A DNA stretch of 37,274 nt, taken from assembly GCA_900088475.1 (NCBI GenBank), contig FLMG01000464.1, positions 1 through 37,274 of the forward strand, given 5' to 3'. Under the pieces are notes generated by a model. That model did no database searches, had not been told where the DNA came from, and saw only the letters and a list, made by a program, of their open reading frames with translations. The DNA comes from Hyphochytrium catenoides (lineage: Eukaryota; Protista; Hyphochytriomycota). Positions 12,501 to 21,890 of the stretch are shown here, piece after piece. Within the stretch, counting starts at the first letter, position 1. Each line of letters starts with the position of its first letter. The position numbers and the translations under genes are program-made.

Positions 12501-15500
12501 TCCCGGCATCGTTGTCGACTTGTAAGGTATAAGATTCACCAACAAGAGCAGCTGTGATAGTAACAAGAACGAGAAGATCATCTGTGCATGCCAGCGCAAT
12601 ACATTACTAATGCGACCCAAAGTCGTTGAAGAGTAATAATTGTGCTCGCGGAAGGAGAGAGGGCAGATTCCTGATGGCAAAGTGGAGAGCACAAAGCAAA
12701 GAGAACGGAGTTGGCAATAAAAAGTTACGAGAATGATACCCTTAATCTCCCAGCCAATGCGGAGTGTATATGACATCCATTGAATATCCTTTGCCACCAA
12801 AGGGCTCAATGCGCACCCAGTCTGAACTTCCCAGAAGTACAAATGACTTGCAGAGGCTTTGACAGTTGATAGGGCAAGGGAAACAACGAGGAAAGAGAAG
12901 GGGACAAGACGGGGTACTATTAGCGTGACCACTATCTTGTGTGGTTGTCGTCGTGCTTCTTGTGCTTCAGCAACCTTTTATACACCTCCCTGTTGCCATC
13001 AGCAACTACTTTCGTGACAACAAGGTACCTCTCCGATATCACTCAAGCCTAAAGGTTCATCTTTTTAAGTTCTCGCCGAGAGCACCTTGCCTATGTAATT
13101 AGCTCGCTAACCTACGTAGCACTTACATGTCTGTAGGTGTTTGGAGTCCACAGAGAAGTCAAGTCGCTGGATTGCTTCAGGGATGGCAGGAACACAGACG
13201 CTGCACTTACGCAACTTCAGGGCCTAAAGGAGGCATGAGAAATGGGGGCAATATGTTTGCAGTTACTTGTGGAATCAGTGCTCCGAACCTTTCCAGCTGC
13301 ATTGACATTATAAATATGGATGCAGCCCTGGGATGACACGGCAAGGTAGTCCATTGAGGGTGAGAACTTGATGTCAAAAATTGGGGACTCGGTGTGCTGA
13401 AAGGAATAAGGTTCCTTCTCCCCGTGAAGGTTCGAAGGAAGGAGTAGAACCTGGACGTGAATCAGTGTCTTTGTTAGAACGACGGTTAGATTGGTGGCAC
13501 AAGATGATATGTAGCCGCAGAAGAAGACAAGCCTAGGAATTCGAACGGCAAAATAAGTTGTAGAATCCAAAGATTGATAATAACGTATCAAGTAGCGCAG
13601 GTACCACTCCCTCTTCTGTCCCAACCACTATGTGGTTTCCGTCGCCTGAGTAACTGAGGCAGCAGGGAGTGTACACCAGCACCTAGAGGGATAAAGGCTG
13701 AGCGAGCAGTGCCAGGACGAAGCCACGTGCTAAGCTAGGAAAGGCCGCGCTCTAAGAGGTGAATGCCAGATGGTGGAGGGAAATCTTGCCAAAAGATTGT
13801 AATGAAGGATGGAATTTTAGAATGAGGAGCAACATTCACGAGTTGTGTCCCATTCTTTGGGGGCATCGCTCACAAGATGCTTATAAGGTAGAGGCGCAAG
13901 AAGGAGCAAACCTTGGTTGCCAAACAAATCTGCGTACGCAAGCTCCACACGCGGACTCTCTTGTCATCTCCACAGGAGGCATATTCAGGCTAGTTATAGC
14001 AAGGCGTCAGACGTTTCTGGGAGGTTGAGGAAAGGATAAACTCAAACGAAGTGTTGAGGGTTATTGCCGTTTGTCCAGCCTCAGGAGAGATTGAGAATAG
14101 GTGAGGCTGGGAAGTAGGACCAACCTTGAGTGGGTGAGCCGCGATAGCCCTGACCGCACCGTAACAGTGTCCTTGAACCAATTGGTATACCTCTCCATTG
14201 CCCTCGTCTGCCTGTGGATTGGAATCAAGGGTTCAGATAGCTGGTCCAAGTTATAAGAGATCTATAGGCTTAACGGTTCCATTTTAGTTAGGGGTTCTTT
14301 TGCAGGAACATCAGGTGTGCCCGAAAGTGTACGAGTGATAGCCACAGCTGTGGCAAGCAGTGCTTGGTGAAGGAAGAGAGAGCTGATGGAGCCGCTGACC
14401 TCGTAAATTGAACTGGTACGAGTTCCGATGAGAAGTTTTTTGCCATCTGCTCGACCAGCCAGAGCAGTAATTCGAGGCGTCGTGCACTGTGTAGTGTCTG
14501 CCTTCAACTTGGACAAGTAACTGGGAAGAGAACAGCAAGCCAAGCCATAGAGGTTAGAAGGGGTCAAAGTCCAAATGAGAGGGTAACATAATCTGCAGGT
14601 GAGCGAAGCGACCTACAATGTCGGAGTCCGCCGAGCAAGATCTATAGGCTTTCCAATGGATCGAAGGGTTCGATCCCAATAGTGGACAACCCCATCTCGA
14701 CCTCCAGTTACTATTCCCCCAGCTCCTTCCAGGACAAGGAGGGATGTCACGCTCTCCCTTTCCTTATGAGCTTGAACGCATTTGTCCACCTTCCTCTTTC
14801 TCCCAGAGACGAGAAGGAGCTCACCACTCACGCTTCCGACAAGCAAATCCTCTCCAAGATACGCGGAGCAGGTGAACGTCTGGAGCTTTGACATTGATCC
14901 CACCGTGACGCGATGAGGCCGCAACGAGCGTCCCTCCACACTATAAATAGAGATAAACTAGACATGCTTCAGATACTAAGAGTGCGTCAGATGGACCTGC
15001 GGGTAGTTGTCGGTGCTATAGGCTATACCAGATGCTCTAGCTTACGATCAAGGACGGCAAGCACGCAGTGGATGTACGCAGCATAAGGTCGGGAAGCTCC
15101 AGATGGAAGCTCTAAGACGACAAAGGGGGGTATACCTTGACTCCAACGACGGCGATTTCGTTGCCTCGAGAATGGATAGAGATGCTTAGGATCCGCTCTG
15201 ACGGGCCACGGCCGGAAGCAATAAGCGCACCGCTGGCCCAATCCCAGAGCGAGATGAGTTGGGGCGACCCTCGGCTTACCTACGAAGCCGGGTAGTCATT
15301 GTTGGTGTATTAAAAAAAGTATGGGTCAGACTCTCGATAGATGACAGCATACTGATGGATAGGGTTGACGTAATAGGGAGATCGAAAAGATTCCAGGTCT
15401 TACCGCAGCGAGCCTTAGGCCGTCCGGAGAGAACTCGAGGAAAGCAATGTCACCGCCTAGTCCCCCTCTTATGATCTTCTCGCACTTCATCTCCCTCTCC

Positions 15501-18059
15501 CTTTTCCCTTCATCTTTGCCGTTTTCTACTACTTTCCAGATGTGCACTTCATCAATTGACGCACTAGCGATGAGATTCTGAGTGGGATGGGCTGCTATGG
15601 CAGTGACCAGTGCTGAGTGACCCTAATATATCACGTGGGAGTAGTGAGACTTGACTGCACCTTTGATGCAGTGACGACATAGAGGGAACGAGCCGCGTCT
15701 GGACGAAAAGTTTAAACGTCTCCCAATAGACATGTAAATATAAAGAGGAGAACAGATCTGAAAGCAATTGGAAATGTATTGGCTTTTTCGCTGGATATAG
15801 GACGCGAATTGAATGCGTTGCAAAGTGACCTGATACTTCAGCTGCACGTGAGTAGCTTTGTCGTAAAGGAAGACAAAGCTTCCAGCAAAGTAAGCTAAGT
15901 CACGTCCGTTTTTGAGATAAATCAGGTTGTTTCTACATGACAGAATTGAAAAAAAGTCGGAGTAAGTTTGAGGACTTCAGGTTGGGACAATGAGCGATCT
16001 CTGGCCAGGGCAGGGTTATAGCCGTGTCCGTAGGCCCCTCTCAGCTGCCACAGAGCGTGGGCATGCCAAAGAGTAGAGTAGCATAGGCAAGATATATGGC
16101 AATTACCTGCAGTCAAAGGTCCGGTATCCGTGGACCCATTCCAGTACTAGATTCGTCTCGGGCCTCTGTCGAACTGCAATCCCGCAAACGTTGGTATCGA
16201 GAAGGAGACGTCATGGGGCATACCTTCTGGGTTTGGTGGACCAGGAAGAAATGGAAATAACGCAGAGGCGGAGAGGAACGGAAGATACTTCACGGACACT
16301 CAGTCTCACCTTTTGCTTCATTTATTGAAAAGGCTGTGGGTTCTAAAGAAGCAGTAATCCAAGGAAACTTATCCACCTCGGATGGCAGTCTTTCGACCCT
16401 GTTCTCCTCTAACTTCTTCCCATGTCTTCTTCGCTTTGTGGAATGCGCCAGTTCAGCTTCCAGGTCTGAGTCCTCATTGTCCGTTAATTCTTCCGCGCTG
16501 TCCTGCTCTCGGCTAAGGAGAGGAGACGATGCTGACGAGCGAAGGGTTTCTGTGAAGTAAATGACTTCTTTGTTTCTCCTGGCCCATTCAACAAACTCAG
16601 ACAGGGAAATGTTGGAGGACTTGTCCTACAAGTTGAAGGCAGGATAAGACAAGAAAATTGAATCAGCTACTTCTGTACGTGAAGACATCATAGGACGAGG
16701 AGAGCAGCCGAGCCATTTGCAGCTGACAGAAGGGACAGCAGGAGCAAGAGTTGGAGATAGGGAAGGAAAGTTATAACGCTCATGGTATCAGAGAATCTAA
16801 CAAGAGGAAAGAGTTCGGCACAAAGGAAAAGCATCACCTTGTCACTAGCTACAAGCACATCCTGACTGATCTGGGAAAAGACTTTCTGAGGGATCTCAGC
16901 TTCTTTTTTCGCCATGGTGAAGTGAAGCAGCCCAACAAAGACTGCCTGCAGCATGACGGCCTTATGGTCATCATGGCCATGGAAGGAGAGGAGTGAGTGG
17001 TGCGGTCATGACGAGCAGGATGGGCATGAAGAAAAAGTCAGCATAATAGTTAATAGGAGTACGAAACAAGCTGAGATCGAAACCTCTGTCTTCAGAAACT
17101 TGCTATGCCTCCCGAATAGCGATAACAGCTTAGCTTTAAGGGTACTTACCAGCTCGGTGACGGAGAGCCCTCCGCTGAAGTTAAAGTCATAGAGAGAGAA
17201 CAGGACTGTGGAGGCGTTGAGTAGGCGGGTGTCAGACGCAGCTTGAGGGAGCGAGAAGACTTTCCGTACAGATTACTACTTCAAAAGCAAAGCTTACTTG
17301 TGCCGGTGGTGAGACAGAGAGGAAATGAAAGGTGGGGCGTGAGAAGAAGAGTGATATGACAGGTAGAGGAGTCGCCCTGATGGGTGAGGGACATATGAGA
17401 GCTTGTGCTAGAAGGAGCATGAGGTTGCCTGGCATTACTGACATTTGGCCTTGTCCTCAAAGCTTCCCCACGCAATGAGACAGAGCCCGGAGATGAAGCC
17501 CAGTCCATCAATGCGCCCATCTTTGTCTGTGTCTAGGGCCTGACTCCACCAGATTTATGGAAAGACGGACAGAACAAGGAGAATGGAAGAGTGCAACGGA
17601 AGGTGAAGGAATGGCGTTAGAGCATGGTTGCGAGCAGGCCAGGAAAAGATTGTGGAAACAATGCTAACGTGCTCCCCAAGGCCGTAGAGAGGAAAGGGGA
17701 CAAGGATGCAAATTGTGCGAGTGCAAAGCGGCATCGATGACCCAGCATCAAGAGATAAAGAGGATAACAACCTCAAACAGAGAGGCCACAGTTATTCCTT
17801 CCATTGGCTTGGTCATCAGAAGGGTCTCCAACTGTGACTCTACAATGGAGAAGCCGAACATCTTCTGATACTCCTTGTACAATGTTTCAAGGTCGGCGAG
17901 GCTCCCTGCAGAGGGTAAGCATTAGCTGATCTCATCTCGCCCTCCATATTCATAAGCTGGCAGAGACGGGCTTTGCTTACAGGCGAAGAAAGGCTGGGCT
18001 TCTCTCTTGACTGGCCCCACCAAAGTGAGGAGCTCCTCGGAGCTCTGACCAGCCCCCAT
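3582..18059 (-). CDS. EML5/EML6-like echinoderm microtubule-associated protein (three HELP + tandem WD40 TAPE units) with an N-terminal myristoylation motif and EF-hand module; many exons
   Basis: Starts MGAGQSSEE at 18059 and ends ...AIFQYRLKA* (TAA 3584-3582). There are three HELP motifs: PETNLVLEWVHGYRTFDCR/NNLIY (~16107-16165), PPDSSMALEWSYGHN (~11230-11290) and PTPSLELQYVYG (~6880-6925). EML-specific signatures recur: W.SW...GWPVQG (~3950-3990, ~8220-8450), WMSYTLRIGWEIKG (~12740-12780) and GH...V..L.FS.DD..LIS (~7860-7920, ~12020-12090). Not every exon boundary was resolved. Confidence 0.9.
16560..18059 (-). other. N-myristoylated EF-hand (recoverin/NCS/CBL-like) N-terminal module of the EML gene
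   Basis: Spliced translation gives MGAGQS..., then ALDTDKDGRIDGLGF (17498-17533, lacks E12), LYDFNFSGGLSVTEL (17153-17188, canonical loop) and SDK/DKSSNISLSEFVEW (split by an intron, ~16590-16850). Confidence 0.8.
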
Positions 18060-18280
18060 GGCTCCCAAAGTTCACGAACTCCAATGTTAGGCAAGAACCG
18101 CTAGCTGATGAATTCCTTAGGGCAGGTCGAGCTCTCTTGACAGCCACGGATGGGCCAATAATGAGTAAGCTTCATCTGCCGCTCGAGTTCTGAAGCTTTC
18201 CTTCAATAGTAGAGCTTGATGATCGAAAGACAGCGGCATTCTGAAGGATTGGAAGGTAGTTTACAGCCGAACTCGCGAAA

Positions 18281-18311
18281 GGGCATGACACGATCCTATA
18301 CGGGCATGACA
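18281..18311. promoter_or_regulatory. Duplicated 10-mer GGGCATGACA about 220-250 bp upstream of the EML start; possible cis element
   Basis: Exact copies at 18281-18290 and 18302-18311, 21-bp period (about two helical turns). Function is inferred only. Confidence 0.25.
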
Positions 18312-19664
18312 TTGACCTTTATCACAAATAGTCTACTTCAATGTCCAAGCGTGCTTACACAGTATTACTTTACGGTGCAGTAGAACGGTACACATGTATG
18401 TGGTAGTTAGCAAGAGAGACCGTATTCTTGATAGTGGAGAAACGTTCAAAATGTACTTCTGTGCAGTATCATCATCATTCTTCAACATTTATTACAACCA
18501 GCACCTGACCAGCACTCAACAACATCGACCATCGCCACCACCACTCGACACAGTAGCGGCAAGTCCGTGACCAAGAGACAGCCGTCGTCCTGCTGCCTGC
18601 TGCTGCCGCGCCATTGGTGATGGTCCTTGTTGGATATGGATAACAGATGCAGGCGTCAGCAGTAGCCTCAATCAGAGTCAGGTTAATTGCCACCTATCAT
18701 GTTGTTGGCTGAGAGGAAGGGTAACCAGTGCAGGATTGTTAGACAATTCGGCTAAGTAGCGTCGTGGGAACTCGGAGATGACTGAAAATGGCAACTATAA
18801 GACAGCTGCTGAGGCACTCGCAGACGCCTCTCCATAGCGAGATGATTTGTCAATACCTGAGTTCATCTTTCAATATTGTGATTGACCTGATGAGAGTATG
18901 ATGACTTTTTTTGATTGATGATGGCTGTATGGGTGTTGAGGCCTTCAGTGAGGTTACTACATTGAGCACCGGCCCCTTGGAGAGTCCTGCCCCTTGTCCG
19001 CCACGGGCCCTGTTCATAGGCGAGGCAGTGGTGATGGCGTGGGGTCATCATGCGTTAAGCTAGGCTCTATATTATGGTCTGCCAGTTTCCCTGGCGTTCG
19101 TATCTGATATCTCTTCTCATAACGTGTCGCTCTTCTCTCGTCTTCTTGTAGTTTGACCCTTTTACTAGGCCATGATGCTTTCTAGGACTTCCCTTACTTG
19201 CCTATCATCTAATGGACATCGAACACTCTACCGGGAGATCCTGCTGCGACTGTTGTTGGTGAACGGTCAGGAAGAGGAGGCCATTCTGGCTCCCGTTATA
19301 CGGCGGTGTGTCCTGCTTCTTGCTGCTGCTGGCGGTGGTTGTCCACTGCCCCGTCGACGAGCTGCCACTTGAGGGTATTATTATCATATATGATGATGCT
19401 CACATTTACCTGCCTCAGAATCAGCTATCATTTTGTGAGGCAGCAGTAAGATGTCGGCCTGGATCGTCTGATGGGTTTTCTTCTTCTCCTTTAGGGAGTG
19501 CTTTCGTGGTCGTGAAGCTGTGGCAACCCAATGTTTGTGGGCGTGCTTGCTGCTGCTTCCCTTTATGCTAATTTTGTACGCAGTAGTACCACGGTATATA
19601 GCCGCATTTTGACGGCAATCCTTAAGAGAATGCGCTCTAGAGTATGAAAGCCTATGCCCGCCTT

Positions 19665-19701
19665 CTTCCACGCCGCAGTTGAACCCTTCCACGCCGCAGT
19701 T
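19665..19701. repeat. 16-bp direct repeat CTTCCACGCCGCAGTT
   Basis: Exact copies at 19665-19680 and 19686-19701, separated by GAACC. Confidence 0.85.
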
Positions 19702-20126
19702 ATATTATCAGTGCCCGCCGATAGAGGTCAAGCTGAGTGAAAGTTCATCAAAAACTAATTCTTGTTTCTTCATTGCTCTTCTTTCTCTACTCTTCCTTTC
19801 GACCTTGACCTCCTTTTCCTAACTTTTGGGATATGTAGGAGAATGGTATACTTACAACGATGCAGTGGCAGCAGCAGCTTGACCAAGCAGGGCCATACAA
19901 TCAAACTTCATTATAAGATGGAAGAAACACTTCATGTAAACAACGAAGACCGAATCGCATATCCCTCGCAGCCCACATGGCTGACCTTGGTTGAGCTCAT
20001 TGAAGTGGGGCGATGACTGAGATATAACTATATAAGAGAAGGATGGCGCGGAAGAGGTCGAGGGAGGAAGGGGAAAGTTATTGAAAGGATACGAGTAGTG
20101 AAGCTAACTGGTGGTGGGCATCAAAG

Positions 20127-20355
20127 GCAGAAGGTCGACGCTAAGAAGAGGTACAGTGGATCGACGAGGGAGATCCTTTCAGAGAAACCTACGAGAGATA
20201 GCAGAAGCTCTATTACTGCTGCTGCCTAAGAACATAACACCAGGGCTACATGCATCACGAGCAGAAGGTCGACGAATAGTAAAAGAAGGTAGATCAGGGA
20301 AATCCAAGATCCTTTCGGAGAAACCTGCGAGAGATAGCAGAAGTTCTATTGCTGC
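20127..20355. repeat. Diverged tandem duplication, period ~135 bp
   Basis: GCAGAAGGTCGACG occurs at 20127-20140 and 20261-20274. A 49-mer at 20171-20219 recurs at 20307-20355 with 4 transitions. Confidence 0.85.
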
Positions 20356-20474
20356 GGCCCAACAACAGGAAGTCAGGGCCGTGATGAGGGCCACTCAGGC
20401 TAGCCTCGAGTTCCTACCCTCTCCATCTTCCATCATGCCTTGGTATCCATCAACAGAATAAGAAGCAGGACATT

Positions 20475-21084
20475 CTACCCAGCTCCCGCCATTCCTGTTA
20501 TCAGCGGCGGTTCTTCAGTAGCACCAACTTGCGCTTCTTCTTGCTCATAGCATTCAGAACGTAGAGCGTAGTAAGCATTGGGGTCAAGGTGCTCCTGGAG
20601 ACAGACAATGTATGAGCAGTAGGTTCAACAGCGCAGCAGCCAGCAACAAGGGAAGCACTCAACCATTCGCCATTGGGCTTCGTTTTCTTCGCTCGCATCC
20701 AAGAAGACGGAGGAGGGACTGTGACGAGACAATCAAGATTTACTGATGGAACGAAACTCCTCTCCTCCTCTGTCTCGCTTCCGAAATGCGTCTATTCCAG
20801 GTTGACATTACCCTTGGCAGAGTCGCCCTAACCGGAGGACAGTACTAGAGACGGTTTTTAGTAACTGTAACGGGGTGATGGGTGCAGAATACGAATATAC
20901 TAGGGTGCATCAAGAAGCGTACTGTGTGACCAAAGGCCAACTGCAGAGACAACGCCACTGAATTTCTTAGACTGCGATCAACCTTTCACCAGCTTTCCTT
21001 TCACTTCTCACACCGACAGTCGCCTTGGTGTGCTTTCTCTCTCTCTCTCTCTNNNNNNNNNNNNNNNNNNNNNNNNNNNNNNNN

Positions 21085-21121
<37 letters not shown>

Positions 21122-21224
21122 TCGCCTCTCCTCTTTCTCTCCTCTTTCTCTCCTCTTTCTCTCCTCCCTCTAATCTCTCTCTCTCCTTTCTCTCTCATAT
21201 CTCTTCTCCCTCTCTCTCGCTCTT

Positions 21225-21264
<40 letters not shown>

Positions 21265-21622
21265 TTCTCTCTTTCTCTTCTCTCTCTCTCCTTTTTCTCT
21301 CACTCTCTTCTCTCTCTCTCCATTCTCTCTCATATCTCGTCTCCCTCTCTCATCTCTCTCTCTCTCTCACCCCAAATCCTTGCGCTTGCGCTTTCTATCT
21401 CGAGCTGATGTTGTCTCCCACAAGATCTACAGAACAGAGCGCCTGATAATGATAAATTGTGTGCCGATCCTGGCTGCGTGGAAGATCAAGAGCTTTGGGC
21501 GTTAGAAAGACGGGATTGCAGAGCGACGGCGGCAGAGAAGTGAAAAAGGCGCACGATCATCAGAACAGAGCAGCAAGGGAGGCACAGTAGGTGCGAGGTA
21601 CCGTAACTGGTCTAAGCGACAT
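20475..21622 (-). CDS. Candidate small 5-exon gene (~104 aa), possibly an FN3 / PhoD-N-terminal-like fold
   Basis: Phase-compatible exons 21622-21602, 21473-21371, 20827-20812, 20718-20664 and 20594-20475 (315 nt), all GT-AG. Intron 1 has a CTAAC branch point. Translation: MSLRPVTPGSAHNLSLSGALFCRSCGRQHQLEIESASARIWGRLCQGPSSVFLDASEENEAQWRMEHLDPNAYYALRSECYEQEEAQVGATEEPPLITGMAGAG*. The middle exon choice is ambiguous. Confidence 0.4.
21036..21368. repeat. (CT)n microsatellite / low-complexity tract containing an assembly gap (N 21053-21084)
   Basis: Read directly. On the minus strand it begins right at a putative donor (GTGAGAGAGA...). Confidence 0.95.
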
Positions 21623-21890
21623 TCAACCGCTGGCCCAGCGCGCCATTCACCAGGGAAAAGTTCTTCGCCCAAGATGCAGAAGAGGGTTGGCGGACCTTGG
21701 CAATAACAAAGTATCCTTTAGCTTTAGAAGCTCAAATGATGAGTACCGATGTGCAGCGATAGAGGCGCAGCAAAAAAGAACTTGAGATCTTTCAAAGATT
21801 AGAGATCCAACCCGGATACTGGTTTGAGAGAAGCGAGGAAACAAAAGAGTTAGATCGCCATCAGCTGTACTATTATAAAGATAGCAAGCA

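Noticed and set aside
19665-20355. Spaced direct repeats as a CRISPR-like array or LTRs
   Set aside because: Only two copies of each, eukaryotic context, and no cas, RT or integrase motifs or target-site duplication seen.
20111-20461. 116-aa plus-strand ORF
   Set aside because: It has a GTG start and spans a DNA duplication whose two copies are read in different frames. No family resemblance.
20540-20700. EAQWRMEHLDPNAYYALR resembles the MsrB N-terminal helix and a CFAP161 segment
   Set aside because: No MsrB catalytic or zinc motifs and no other CFAP161 motifs are present.
21001-21408. ER-rich and LS-rich ORFs (also near 34034-34475, 34962-35410 and 36080-36547)
   Set aside because: These are translations of (GA/CT)n microsatellites and N gaps, not proteins.
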